DNA of 63,732 bases, filler included, from Octopus bimaculoides (GCF_001194135.2; 7 parts of 7 records of this genome joined end to end with filler, not necessarily neighbours in it); one strand, 5' to 3'. Positions 39,159-54,400 are shown, counted from the first letter of the whole stretch. Numbers and translations: made by a program. Notes: generated by a model not told the origin, from the sequence alone.

Positions 39159-39720
39159 ATGGAGGCAATTGAATGTAGGTCAGTGATCAGGTTCTTATAC
39201 ATGAAAGATTGTACACCAAAAGAGACTCGATGAGATGAAAGAAGCTTATGGTGACGATGCACCATCATACGACGTAGCCAAGCACTGGCATCGGCAGTTC
39301 AAATGTGATCGGACATCGGTGGAAACTGCTCCTATTCCTGGACGACCACATTCCGCCATTAATGACGACCACATTCCGCCATTGATGACGACTACGTTCC
39401 GCCATTGGTGACGACACCATCCATAAAGTGGAAGCCGCCATTTTGGAGGATTACCGCACAACTATCCGGAAACTAGCCCAAGAAGTGACGATAAGTGTAG
39501 GGTCCGTGCAAAAAATCATTCAAGACAACTTCCGCACATACCACACAGGATGAAACATGGGTCCAAGCATGTCGAGTCGAAGCAATGGAAGCATGATAAC
39601 TCACCACCTCCGACGAAGGCGCGTGTCTAATCCTCAGCAGGCAAAGTGATGCTCACAGTCTTTTGGGACCAGCGTGAAGTAGTGATAATGGATTTTCTGG
39701 CAAAGGGCACCACAATTAAC
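39159..39720 (+). mobile_element. Mariner transposase remnant (N-terminal HTH to first catalytic Asp region)
   Basis: MEAIECRSVIRFL..YGDDAPSY..FKCDRTSV..PGRP; QDETWV; SAGKVMLTVFWD; frameshifted, internally deleted. Confidence 0.8.
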
Positions 39721-40959
39721 AGATTTGTTGCCAATACCCCGGTTCTGGAGGACTTCAAAATGGAGATAGAACTCAGAGCGCAATCCCACCAAGAAAAGAT
39801 TAACTCAATTGATGAAGAGATCAGTTCCAACAAGATTTAACGAGAAAAGAGAGAGATTACTTAATTAGATGCACCGGAAGCACTTCACTCCAATTCCGAT
39901 TGAATCAGGAAAGCATACTCATTAAAAAAATATAAACCAGAGCTGAATATCTTTTAAAAAGAAGGAAAGAGCACTAAAAAGAGGAAAAAACCCAATTTTT
40001 CCGCAAAAAAGAAGAAAACCCGGAAACAACAGACTGTAAAATGTCTGACTTTCTACTTTCCACACGCTTCGTATTCTAACTTGAAATCTTTAGTCCTTAT
40101 AACATATCCTATGAACTTATAATTTACTATATCCCATTTCATATCAACGTCTATTTTAAAATGCCTATGTATTTATAAATGTTTTTATATATTTTTAAAT
40201 ATCTATGTGTTTTTTAAATATTCTATGTGCTTGTATTTTGACCTCTAAATTTTTATTCCTCTATAGTATATCGTGTGAACTTATAATTCACTATGTTTTA
40301 TATAATACCGACGTTTTTATATCTTATTATGTGTATATTTTGTGCTTATTTTACTTATATATTTTTAAAATACCTATGTATTTATAAATGTTTAAAAATA
40401 TTTTTTGATATTTGTGGGCTTATAAAAATATGTATATGTCTATATGCTTGTATCTTATTAATAATTCTGTTATGTTGAGCTCTATGCCGCTTTATTAATG
40501 TCGAAGTAAGTGTGCATATATATTGAATATTCTGCTGGATAATAAGTCATGTTCCTCTAGTTTTGCGCTCGTATTGCCTCCACTTGAATTATAAATTGGA
40601 ACTTAGCTCAATTTGAGCACTTCGATTCTAGCCTGTCTACGAGTATTGTTAATTAATAACAATATCTATAAAATAATATAATTTATATATATACATATAT
40701 ATGTATGTATGTATATTTTGACACAAACATATATGTGTATCTATATATGTTTGTATGTGTGTGTACGTGCGTGTGTGTGTGCATGTGTATGTGTGGGCAT
40801 ATATATATACATATAAACATACACTAATATACACATTTATTATATAGTATTGAATTTTACGAAAAAGGAGAGAAAAGTAATAGATGCGGGAAAATATATA
40901 TTCATTTGTTGGAAGCTGAAGCGTTCAACCGTCGCTACTTAAGTAAATCAAGTATCGAC

Positions 40960-41325
40960 CACTTTGCAAACAGTGGACAGCGGCTATGCTGAGGCATCGA
41001 TTTAAAGGGCTTAGTCAAACAAATTGACCCCAGTACTTTTTGTAAAGTCTGGCATTTATTCGATCGATTTTCCCGTTTCTAAATCTCTAAGTTACGGGGA
41101 GGTAAACGAACCAACACCAGTTGTCAAGCGGAAAACATACCTATACACAACACACAGAGACACGACGGGCTTCTATTCAGTTTCTGTTTAACAGATTCAC
41201 TCAGATGGAATTTGTGGGTCAGAGACCAGGCTATTGCAGAAGACACATGTCCAAGATATTGCGTAGTTTGACTGAACCCGAAACCACATGGTTGGGAAGT
41301 AAGCCTCTTACACACATAGCTGTGG
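40960..41325 (-). mobile_element. SINE family A, old copy
   Basis: Collinear with 6185-6592. Confidence 0.75.
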
Positions 41326-42319
41326 CAGCATCTATAATAACATACGTTACATTATGCAAAAAAGAAAGTCTGTGATTCGGTAGACAACACGAAACGATAA
41401 TCATATTTATTTAAAACAAAAAAAAACAAACAAAATGTCTGAAAACATTTCACTACAGCAATCATAATTTCAAGAATAGAAATGTGAAATAAATACAAAA
41501 TATACTAAATGAAAAAAAAAATAAATATATATATATAAAGATGTGTAAAATAATGGCGGTATATTCTTGAACAACGTAGCAGACCGAAATGTTAATAATT
41601 ACTTAGATACATACGCAGATACACTGCTTGTGTGTGTGTGTGTGTNNNNNNNNNNNNNNNNNNNNNNNNNNNNNNNNNNNNNNNNNNNNNNNNNNNNNNN
41701 NNNNNNNNNNNNNNNNNNNNNNNNNNNNNNNNNNNNNNNNNNNNNNNNNNNNNNNNNNNNNNNNNNNNNNNNNNNNNNNNNNNNNNNNNNNNNNNNNNNN
41801 NNNNNNNNNNNNNNNNNNNNNNNNNNNNNNNNNNNNNNNNNNNNNNNNNNNNNNNNNNNNNNNNNNNNNNNNNNNNNNNNNNNNNNNNNNNNNNNNNNNN
41901 NNNNNNNNNNNNNNNNNNNNNNNNNNNNNNNNNNNNNNNNNNNNNNNNNNNNNAGTATAAGCATGTACAAATATATATGTATGTCTCTGTGTATGTATGT
42001 GATGTGTGTTTGTTTGTGATTATGTGTGCTTGTATTTCTGTGTATGTAAACTGGGTAGAGACGATATCGGAAATTAAACCTTGTAAGCGACCGTTATGAC
42101 ATTAAAAACAATTTTTCTTACCCTGTGTATGTGTGTTTATAATGATTTAAAAGAAATTTATTCTGATGTCTTATCCTCGTCATTATTTTAGTTTTAAGAA
42201 AGGAATCAATTGAAGTATTTTTCACATAATGAAAATAATAGTAATAGAAATAACAATGGAGACCATCGAAAGCAAATGACAAAATATGTTATTTTATCTT
42301 ATATGCTATGCTTCTATCA

Positions 42320-42725
42320 GTAGTTGGACTGTGGCCATGCAGGAGCAATGACTGGAATCTGAACAGACTAACTCCAGTGTTTATTTTAAGCTCTGTTACC
42401 TATTCTGTCGGGCAATCTGCCGTGCTGTTAAGTGAGGAGATATTATAAAAAAACAACAGCGGTTGTCAAGTAGTGGTGGAGGGGAAACACAGACACATAC
42501 ACAGATATATAAATACATATATACAACAAGCTTCTTTCAGTTTCCGTCTACCAAATCCACTCACAAAGCTTTGGTTGGCCTGAGGCTATAGTAGAAGACA
42601 CTTGCCCANNNNNNNNNNTGGCCTGAGGCTATAGTAGAAGACACTTGCCCAAGGTGCCACGCAGTGGGACTGAACCCAGAACCATGTGGTTGCGAAGCAT
42701 GCTTCTTACCACACAGGCACACCTG
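42320..42725 (-). mobile_element. SINE family A
   Basis: ctttcagtttccgtctaccaaatccactcacaaagc..cccaaggtgccacgcagtgggactgaaccc. Confidence 0.8.
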
Positions 42726-43099
42726 CACCTAATATATATATGTATATCTGTAGAAAAATATGTGACAATTATTTGGTTGCCATATTAAAACTCCGAGTTT
42801 CGGATGTCGGGGCAGAAATCTGCTCCGGCATCTCGTCAGTTATTAAGACAAACATAAATGTTACGAAAATGACCGTTAAACAAAGGGAAATTACTATGAA
42901 GACGACCGTTATTAAAACAAACAGGAGAGCTATTAGGATGACCGTTAAGTAAAGGGAAAAAAACCGAAAAGGGGAGAAAATAAAAACTGCTCATAGGATT
43001 CGCGCATGTGCATTGTCACATTATTTTACAGATAAATTCCTCTATTTGTATGATATCGAGGTCTCATTCATTCTTTTGTTGTCCTATTAATGAACATTC

Positions 43100-43130
43100 G
43101 GCAACATGTCACGTGACGTCATGTGTTGCC
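43100..43130. promoter_or_regulatory. Overlapping palindromic TF-motif cluster (E-box GTCACGTGAC + CRE TGACGTCA within GGCAACA..TGTTGCC)
   Basis: Motifs read directly; function is inference. Confidence 0.3.
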
Positions 43131-44239
43131 AAATACTGAAACATATCTAACAATTGGAATTAAAGAGTAGCAATTAATGCCCATGTTCTTTTCCTTTTTG
43201 TATCTTTGTGCTCTTTTTCTTAGGTCACAGCCCGACTTCCGATACGGACAACCTGTGTGTATAAGCGACGTTAAGCGTTTAACTCGATTAACATTAGAAC
43301 CAAAACCTATGTGGTTTAATTGTCACGCGTCGAGCATATCCAATCATACCTATCTATATAAATGCGCCCACGAGTGTATGTAGTGTGTATGTGTGTGTGT
43401 GTGTAAATATATATATATATCTGATGGGCTTCCACACAGTTTCCATCAACCAAATTTCTTAAAAAGCATTAGTCGACCCGTGACTATAGTAGAAGACATT
43501 TGTTCATGTTGCCAAGCAGTGGGACTAAACCCGAACCTAGGTGGTTACAAAGCGAGCTTTTTCGCCACACAGCCATACCTGCGTCTATATATATATTAAC
43601 TTAGAGAAATTTCATTCAGTTTCCTTTTGTGAATAATGTTTTACTATTTTTTTTTACCTGTGTTTGTATTAATTAGTCCCTGCGAGGAAACATTCTGATG
43701 ATGCACAAGTGAAAACAGCACGAGACCGCGTCGTTTAGATTCAATATCCACCATTCTCAGTCTTAGATGGATTAACAGCCAATACAGACGAATAGCGTAT
43801 AGTTGAAGCCGATGTTAAATGGAGAATGGAAGCGTAATTCTTATTTGGTTCGTGGGGGGTATAAAAAGTGCAAACGTACGAGCATGCAACACTTCACATT
43901 ACAAACAATCTAAATAAAGGGTGGACTTTATTATTGAGGTCCTGTAGATAAACGAGTATAGGTATGAACATACACGAGGGGAATACGTTTTTATACAACA
44001 TACGTATCTTACAGAGACAAACTATCAAATAAACGAGACTACAAGAATGTACCCATAAAATATTAGATCCCAGCATACAAATCTAAGGAGATATTAGCAA
44101 ATGTATTTTAAATTATTAATTGAAACAAATTTCAAATTATAATGGGAGAATGATTAGAATGTTTATTATTTAAACACGAAAGTTTCCTTTTGGATTTTTG
44201 TCGGATTAATATTTTTCTGCATCAAGTTATAACACAAGT

Positions 44240-44500
44240 GAAGGCTTCGTGGCCTAGTTGTTAGGGTGTTTTACTCACGCCGGTTTAGGTAGTAGTTCGA
44301 TTCCCGGACCTGGCGTGGTGTTGTGGTCTTGTACAGAACACTTCATTCCACTCGGTTGAAGATGAGATTCGGCAATAGCTGTGGAGTTAAACCTGAGACA
44401 GACCGGTGGCCCATCCAGGGGCGGGGTGTTGGGATCTTAATCACTTATATACGCCATCGAGACCGGATTACGTTCCAGCGTTGTGAGTTTTTCGGCTCAT
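44240..44500 (+). mobile_element. tRNA-type SINE, family D, degenerate
   Basis: gtggcctagttgttagg (A box), agttcgattccc (B box), gttgtggtcttgtacagaacactt. Confidence 0.6.
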
Positions 44501-44894
44501 GACAAACTTAAGATACAACATAAACGGGGGGAGGGACACAATAGACTTAACATTTATATGTTGCACATGAAATAACATTTTATTGACATTATCGACAGCA
44601 AGCGTCTATCATTGAACACAACCAGGCTCCATGCATGAATGGGACTAAGCACTGGAAATCATGTTCAGTCGGAACAGTTGATATCGTAACGAAAACAAGT
44701 GAATTTAACAGCCGAATGGGAATCATATCTGAACGCATCAAGTAAACTGAATTTATTCGATATAAGCTTCGAGTGATTGACCAAATGTAAAATTAAAGAA
44801 GACGTTTGTCTAAAACCACACATCAAGACGAAACAGTTGTTTACAACTACTTGGACATTTATTTCATACTATCTTGTAAAAAAGCCGATAATAT

Positions 44895-45165
44895 TGGTAT
44901 CACATTTTTGGCACAAGGCCAGCAATATCTAGGGAGGGGTTAAGTCGATAACTTCGATTCCAGTACTCAACTGGTACTTATTTTATTGATCCCTAGATGA
45001 TGGAAAACATTCGACTTGGGCGGAATTTGAACTGAGAACGTAAAAACGGACAAAAGGCTGATAATGTTGGTTTCACAATTTTGGCACAAGGCCAGCAATT
45101 TCGGGGGGGGGGGAGTCAAATCAATTACATCAACCTCAGTACTTATCTGATACTTTATCGACTCT
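44895..45165 (-). mobile_element. SINE family B fragments (two)
   Basis: ttttggcacaaggccagcaat occurs twice, with aactggtacttatttt and ggcggaatttgaactgag. Confidence 0.7.
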
Positions 45166-45711
45166 AGTAATTTCAGGTTAAGATGATTTCATCGAACCCA
45201 GTACTGAACGAGTAATTATTTTATNNNNNNNNNNNNNNNNNNNNNNNNNNNNNNNNNNNNNNNNNNNNNNNNNNNNNNNNNNNNNNNNNNNNNNNNNNNN
45301 NNNNNNNNNNNNNNNNNNNNNNNNNNNNNNNNNNNNNNNNNNNNNNNNNNNNNNNNNNNNNNNNNNNNNNNNNNNNNNNNNNNNNNNNNNNNNNNNNNNN
45401 NNNNNNNNNNNNNNNNNNNNNNNNNNNNNNNNNNNNNNNNNNNNNNNNNNNNNNNNNNNNNNNNNNNNNNNNNNNNNNNNNNNNNNNNNNNNNNNNNNNN
45501 NNNNNNNNNNNNNNNNNNNNNNNNNNNNNNNNNNNNNNNNNNNNNNNNNNNNNNNNNNNNNNNNNNNNNNNNNNNNNNNNNNNNNNNNNNNNNNNNNNNN
45601 NNNNNNNNNNNNNNNNNNNNNNNNNNNNNNNNNNNNNNNNNNNNNNNNNNNNNNNNNNNNNNNNNNNNNNNNNNNNNNNNNNNNNNNNNNNNNNNNNNNN
45701 NNNNNNNNNNN

Positions 45712-45743
<32 letters not shown>

Positions 45744-45836
45744 TACGCTTATAAATGCACACATATCTTCATGTGTATATGTTTGTGAGTATGCATGTAC
45801 GTATTGATATATTCATGTATAATAATATATATAGGC

Positions 45837-45871
<35 letters not shown>

Positions 45872-46865
45872 TATATATATATATATATATACACGCACAA
45901 ACAAACGCTAACATACACACACGCAGTCATATACATACGTATTTATTCACAGTAACATATGTGCACGATAGTTAATCAAAAGGTTATTCAGGGAATGTAT
46001 CAGTTAATTGATTAATTAGTTCATTAATTGAGTAATTAATAATAATAAACAGAAGTCAAATAGAAAACGTGCGCAGCTTACATTGGAAAAAAATTATCTA
46101 CTATAAGAACCAACATACATACATACATACAGAGACATATATTCAATAATATGTATATATACGTATACATGTATATGCATATATATATATATATATATAT
46201 ATATCATTTCTTCAAAAGTTAGAATACATATACATATATATGTATCTGCAAAGCACATACCCCCCCCCCCACACACACATACACACATGTAAAGAGTGAT
46301 AGGTAAATAGCTGCCTAGTTACATATATAGATACAGTCGCACATACATACACAGAAGCATTTGTGTACCCACATATATAATTACGGTCGTAGAAAGCCTC
46401 AATTTACGCAAACAGTTCGTGTATGTGTATGTACATAAAAACACACGTACGCACATATATACTTACATACACACATGCATATATATATATATATGTATGT
46501 TTGTATACAAATGTGTGTGTAGTGCCCACATATACATCCGTATTTAAGTGAGCATTCACAATCTCACACACCCACATAACCACACGCATTGACACACGTT
46601 TACTTAACATCAGAAATTGTTGTTGCTTAAAAAAAAAATGATAAAACCTCTTCTACTTGAGATATAAATTATGCATTATCACGAAACGTCTCTAAGTTAA
46701 CAAGCAAATGTAAATTTGTTTCATGAAATAGTTCAAACACGAGAACTCAGCTCAACCAAGCATGTATTTGAACATACACAAACAAAAGACACGTTCACAC
46801 ACATATTGGTACAATGATATATATATATATATATACACGCACACATATATACACACGTACATATC

Positions 46866-46897
<32 letters not shown>

Positions 46898-46990
46898 CAT
46901 AGATAGATAAATAGATAGCCAGAGAGAGGGATAGATGCACACATATATATGCATACATATGTATACATGCGTACATACACACACAAGCAG

Positions 46991-47049
<59 letters not shown>

Positions 47050-47094
47050 AATACATATAATATCAATATGAATAATAATAATATATAAACATGT

Positions 47095-47520
47095 AAGTCC
47101 GCGGGCTGGCAGAAAAGTTAGCGCGCCGGGCGAAATGCTCAGTGGTATTTCGTCTGCCGCTACGTTCTTAGTTCAAATTCTGCCGAGGTCGACTTTGCCT
47201 TTCATCCTTTCGGGGTCGATTAAATAAGTACCACTTACGCACTGGGGTCGATATAATCGATTTAATCCGTTTGTCTGTCCTTGTTTGTCCCTTCTGTGTA
47301 GCCCCTTGTGGGCAGTAAACAAATAAGAAACGATAGCACGCCGGGCGAAATGCTTAGCGTTATTTTGTCTGTCTTTACGTTCTGCGTTCAAATCTCGCAG
47401 AGGTCGACTTTGCCTTTCCCCTTTCAGGGTCGATAAATTAAGTACAATTTGCGTACTGGGTCGATCTAATCGACTGATCCCCTCCCCAAATATTTCGGGC
47501 CTTGTGCCTTGAGTACAAAA
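47095..47520 (+). mobile_element. Two tandem SINE family B copies
   Basis: gcgggctggcagaaaagttagcgcgccgggcgaaatgc.. and gcacgccgggcgaaatgc..; mirror of 7888-8333. Confidence 0.85.
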
Positions 47521-47881
47521 GAATATATGCACATGTACAGCTATATTTATTATATGTATGTATATAGTGTTTACAGAAAACACATACTCTACACACCTGC
47601 GCGTGATTGAGTGTGTGTATGTATGTGAGTGTGCGTGTGCGGGCGTGTCTATAAATGTACAGATCAGAAGACATGATTGAAAATATGCCTATTTCTGTTG
47701 TATCGATTGGTGTGAGTGAGATCTTTGTATGAGTGAGATCTTTGTATGAGTGAGATCTGTACATTTATAAACTGATATATGTACCTATGAATATATAATT
47801 AATGATGAGATATGTGAGAAATATATATGTGTGGGAGTGTGTATAGAATTGCAAATATGACATCAATAACATACATATATA

Positions 47882-48330
47882 TAGAGTGCGGTGAATAAAT
47901 TGTCTAAATTACTCAGAAATGTAAATAACACTGAAATTTCATTTTAACCGATATATTTTTATCAAAATTACACAAAAATAACTTGAAATACTAAGGAGTA
48001 AATTTATTCAATTAAATCACCATTGGCTTCAACCACGGCGTCTAGATGACTTAGGAATCTGCTGCAACTCTTCTGGACGGTCTCGAGCAGAAAACAGAAT
48101 TCCATGGAAGCATAATGTTACTTCGTTTCAGTCACCGCAAAAATCGGCGAACAGGGGAGACGCACTGCAACACAAAGATGCATCACGTGGTAACATGACT
48201 GAACACAAAGACGCCGGTCGGCAGACTGATGCCTGAGGGTCGCATCATGTGGTTTCTAGCAGCGGAAGCCTGAACTACACGAGTTTATCCCACAGAGAAC
48301 GTTTCCTGTAACTTATGGATACTCACTCCT
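47882..48330 (-). mobile_element. Internally deleted non-autonomous derivative of the maT element
   Basis: gagtgcggtgaataaattg TIR and transposase 3' end homologous to 14997-15215. Confidence 0.75.
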
Positions 48331-48340
48331 ATGTTATATG

Positions 48341-48378
<38 letters not shown>

Positions 48379-48597
48379 CGTACAGCTATCTTCTTCCAGT
48401 TTCCATAAACCAAATCCAGTCACACGGCTGTGGTCGGCCAAGGCTGTAGCAGAAAACACTTGCCCAAAGTACCACGCAGTGGGACTGAACCAGGAATCCC
48501 GTGGTAGGAAAGCAAACTTCTTACCACTCAGTCACATCTTCCCTTATACACACACACACATATATGTGTATGTGTGTTTGTGTGTGTGTGTGTGTGC

Positions 48598-48671
<74 letters not shown>

Positions 48672-48944
48672 GAAAATGGAGAAGAAATAGATGTAATTAG
48701 TAGTTTATTTGTATCTTACAAAAAGATGACATTTTTATAAAAAAACATAACAGTACAATATTAATTCTTATGCATAATTTATTTATCTATTTATTCATTT
48801 TTCTGATTTCAAACTATAATATATGGTATATTCACACATATATAAAACTCATCAATCAAATACACTTTCAATACATAGCTTTGAACTTTCAATCCTCTAA
48901 TACTCTATTCTTCCCTCAAAATAAAAAAAATGATTACCTTAGTT

Positions 48945-49808
<864 letters not shown>

Positions 49809-49809
49809 G

Positions 49810-50790
49810 AGGTATGGAGGATAGAAAAATAAGTTGGAATGAGGTATGAAGTTCTTGGATTCGTTCATCCTATAATGTCTTGCCATCACCTACAAATCTA
49901 GTACGATGGAACGTCTCAAAAATAGTATATGCAGATGCAGAAAAGTCAGATCACTGAAACATATTCTTTCCAGCAGTCCACTGGCATTGAATATATATAT
50001 ATGGAGACACAATCTGGTCCTTAAGGTTAACTTCAATGCTATAAAGAACCAAATTGCTCTCATCAACAGTGGCGAAAAACCATTGAAAGAAACAATCAGC
50101 GATATCATTACCTTCGCGTGCTCAGCATAGCAGATCCGTTTCAATAAGAATAAACAACTTTATGTGAGCGATGAAAACTGGAACGACTATTGGGAGGTGG
50201 CTACAGGTTTACCAGGGCGCAAAGAATTCTTTCCCATTCTAGTTACGAAGAAACCGGATATCATTATTAGGCGCGAAAGAAAGAAAGTGGTAAATCTAGT
50301 CGAGTTAACGGTTCCTCATGAAAGTGACATGGACGACGCTCAGGTTCGAATGGTTAATCGTTATATAAACCTCCTCGAGAAATGTGAAGACACAGGGTGG
50401 AAAGCGGAGCATTTTTCAATGGAAGTCGGATGTAGAGGATTTGTTGGAGACAGTGTGAGGCCACTGTTGTTATCGTTAGGCCTTACTCATCGTAAAGCAA
50501 ATGCCACCATGAGTGATATTCAAACAACAGTGGAAAAGGCAAGGAACTGGATTTGGTTAAAAAGAGACGATGAGCAACGGCTAGAAGAATATTGAGTGAA
50601 ACCTGACAACCAGTTCATCTAACAAGTGGGGCTTCATTTCAGTGAGGGGGTGGGGGCGGTGCGCAATGATGCCGTCGAGAGGTAAGCCCCAAAACGGCGC
50701 GCATTCTCTCCTGATGATCCCATATTCTTGCTGATTTCCGGTATGCGGAGCTTCCGACTGGTAGCACTTGCATGCGTAAGTTGATTGCAA
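49810..50790 (+). mobile_element. HERO-like RLE non-LTR retrotransposon 3' fragment
   Basis: IRSSYNVLPSPTNLVRW, LKHILSS..YIWRHNLVL, KPDIII..VELTVPHE..MEVGCRGF..WIWLKR, then 3' UTR. Confidence 0.8.
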
Positions 50791-51680
50791 AACATATATA
50801 TACACACATTACATTTTACTATGTATATGTGTGTATATATATGTATGTATATATATATATATATNNNNNNNNNNNNNNNNNNNNNNNNNNNNNNNNNNNN
50901 NNNNNNNNTTAATTAATTAANNNNNNNNNNNNNNNNNNNNNNNNNNNNNNNNNNNNNNNNNNNNATATATATATATATATATATACTTACGCATACACAC
51001 GCGCGCACATATACACACACATATATATATATATATACACACACAACGAGTTTCAGTTTCCATCTATCAAATCTGCTTACCAAGACTATTAAAGAACAGA
51101 CGTACCCAAGGTGCCACGCAGTAGGACTGAAACTCAAACCATGTGATTAAGGAACAAACTTTTTCACACATACCCGCGCCTGCATTCATAAATATATATA
51201 CCAGTCAATAATAAATAGTGCCACAATATCGTTAACTGTTACAAGAAGTTCCCCAAAATGCATCGTTTAGAACATACACCATTATGGAACAACTATGCAT
51301 ACTCGATGACTGAACTGGAGTGACATGTCGGTATCGATATTGCGATATATTTGTTTAAATGCCCGATCATTGTTACAAAATGCTTAAATATAATAAAAGT
51401 GAGGTAGCAGTCGCAGTGACGTACGAAAGTAATTGTAACGCAGGACAACTGTCCTAATTCAATTGTTGTATTATTATTTTCTAAAGACAATGATCACACG
51501 AAGTGGTCAACGTATCGACACAGAACAATCGTCGAGCAAAGAAAATCGCAGAATAGCATTGGCTATCTTAACATAATGTATTCAATACATCGTTTGGTTT
51601 TTGTTCACAAAAGCATACAGATACACGCGCGCGCGTGCGCTCACACGCACACACACACATACGGATACATAGTCTGTCTA

Positions 51681-51719
<39 letters not shown>

Positions 51720-52482
51720 CAATGATTGCTCTATATCTATATCTATATATATACACACACACACATACATACATACATATCAACTTAAATACACAACCGA
51801 AAGAGCTACTAATAGTTTCATGCTTTTATGATACTTGAACAGGCATATTTATAAAATACACAGATCGGAAGAGCNNNNNNNNNNNNNNNNNNNNNNNNNN
51901 NNNNNNNNNNNNNNNNNNNNNNNNNNNNNNNNNNNNNNNNNNNNNNNNNNNNNNNNNNNNNNNNNNNNNNNNNNNNNNNNNNNNNNNNNNNNNNNNNNNN
52001 NNNNNNNNNNNNNNNNNNNNNNNNNNNNNNNNNNNNNNNNNNNNNNNNNNNNNNNNNNNNNNNNNNNNNNNNNNNNNNNNNNNNNNNNNNNNNNNNNNNN
52101 NNNNNNNNNNNNNNNNNNNNNNNNNNNNNNNNNNNNNNNNNNNNNNNNNNNNNNNNNNNNNNNNNNNNNNNNNNNNNNNNNNNNNNNNNNNNNNNNNNNN
52201 NNNNNNNNNNNNNNNNNNNNNNNNNNNNNNNNNNNNNNNNNNNNNNNNNNNNNNNNNNNNNNNNNNNNNNNNNNNNNNNNNNNNNNNNNNNNNNNNNNNN
52301 NNNNNNNNNNNNNNNNNNNNNNNNNNNNNNNNNNNNNNNNNNNNNNNNNNNNNNNNNNNNNNNNNNNNNNNNNNNNNNNNNNNNNNNNNNNNNNNNNNNN
52401 NNNNNNNNNNNNNNNNNNNNNNNNNNNNNNNNNNNNNNNNNNNNNNNNNNNNNNNNNNNNTATATATATATATATATATACA

Positions 52483-52545
<63 letters not shown>

Positions 52546-52713
52546 ATAGTAGTAGTAGTAGTAACAGAGAAAGAGGAATTTCGGTTATCCCCACGTGGTA
52601 AGTTGTAATATATATAAGAAATTAAAAAAAAAGGGAAAATACACACACATTAAATATTATATTAAAACTATGTAAAGTATGTGTATTTTCCTGTTTTTAA
52701 ATTTCTTGTATAT

Positions 52714-52748
<35 letters not shown>

Positions 52749-52879
52749 CAAATATTTATGTATGTATATATGTATGTATATATGATATACATACATACAT
52801 ATGTATATATATTTGTTAAAGAGGACAACCAACGCTAAAGCAAGACAAGCATCTCAAGTCAATATTAGAAAAATTTAAA

Positions 52880-52935
52880 GTCTTACAGCTGTTTCTGGGA
52901 TATCCCAATGTATGGGATATTCCGTCAACGGAGAC
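52880..52935 (-). ncRNA. Hammerhead motif with variant CCGUUGA core and long stem II
   Basis: Minus strand: gtct-CCGTTGA-c-ggaatatccca/tacat/tgggatatcc-ca-GAAAC-agct-GTA-agac. Confidence 0.7.
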
Positions 52936-53529
52936 AAATAAGGAAAATGTGAAGGGTATGGATTAATGAAACGCTGGAATAAAGGGGTGGAGAAATAAAG
53001 TAATAAAGAAATGAAGAAAAAAGAAACATAAAAGTTCACTGTTCAACTTACCCATAGTCCACAAGCCTTTAGGTAAAATCATATATAAATCCAGGTATGA
53101 TTATAGCTTTAATAGTGTAAATAACCTGAGAGAAACGCGACCATATTGAAGGTTCGTAAGCGAATGATAGCAGAAGTGGTTATTGAGAGATAAAGAGAAA
53201 GAAAAATAAATAGAAAGAGGGAGAGGTATTGACAAGGAAGCTGAAGGTACAGAGAGAGGAGGAGGAATGCAATTGACAGGTCAGGAAGAGTACAATAAGG
53301 AATACAAAAATATAATGTATGAAAATAAACTAGAAAAAAATATATACAAAGGTAAATAAGGAAACAGAAGGAAGGTAAAGGAAGATAAAGTAGAAAATAC
53401 AAAGTAAAGTAAAATAAAATGAAAGGGATTTACACTATGAAGGCTATAATTATACCTGGTTTTACATAGGATTGTACCTAAAGACTTATGGACTAGCATC
53501 TACACTATCAGGAAATTGAGCGCTTACCC

Positions 53530-54400
53530 AGCGTACCTAGTCGTTTCGGATCTTTGTGGTTTTCGTCACTGTTTACAATTCTGTTCCAATTAGTTTCAAA
53601 TTTGGTAAATGGATTAAGTTTTGTATACCGATTATGAAAATGAAATTCATTTTCCGTATAAATCCACAATTAAAAAGTTATTAGCCTTTAAAATTTGCAA
53701 AATTTTGGTATTTTAACCAATCAGAAGTGAATATTTTAAACATCACCAAAGCGAAGAAGTCTGTTTCAATAATAACCAAAGCAAAGAAACACTACGTATT
53801 CCATAAGTGATTGCGAAGAACTTTGTTTCTATAGTGACCAAAGATGCTGCGCGTGCGCACAAGGAGACTAACTTTCACTTGTTCTATAATTGTTTGCGTC
53901 CATAACAGATGGGACTCACGCTCAACAAATTGAAAGTAGCTGGGCATAGTTGACTCTTATATTTGTGAATTTATGTGGAGAAAGAGATACGAGAAAGATA
54001 ATTTATTTCATAAAATCTTAAGAGTATATTGCAAACTTTCGTTTTTGAATTTTTTAAACGAATAAATGTCTGTTTTAAACAATGTTTTGACTTATTTTTA
54101 GCAACTCCTGTTGGCTTGTTTGTAGCTTTTAAATATTTAATTTACTCGCGTGGCTAGTTTAATGTTTTGACATACCGATGCCCCTCCCCACTGATGATGG
54201 AAGAGGCAGCAAACGCAACGTTTTCTGATTGGTTGAAAATACTGAAAATTATCAAACTTTGAACACCTGTAACATTTTTGCAATGTCTCTATCTATCATA
54301 TATTTTACAAGAAACAGTTGATGGTGGTTAAAAAATTTCGGCCGGTTTTCTTTCGACTGGCACTCTGACAAAGGTGACTAAAACAAGAATTTGAAGCATT
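53530..54400. mobile_element. Putative non-autonomous DNA transposon with subterminal inverted repeats
   Basis: ~45-bp IR centred on aaccaatcagaa (53715-53726) / ttctgattggtt (54223-54234); boundaries uncertain. Confidence 0.45.

Noticed and set aside
42578-42650. Direct duplication tggcctgaggctatagtagaagacacttgccc around a 10-N gap
   Set aside because: Typical unmerged contig overlap.
43620-43770. Possible minus-strand first exon MVDIESKRR..|GTAAAA
   Set aside because: Short, weak donor, no homology; within chance expectation.
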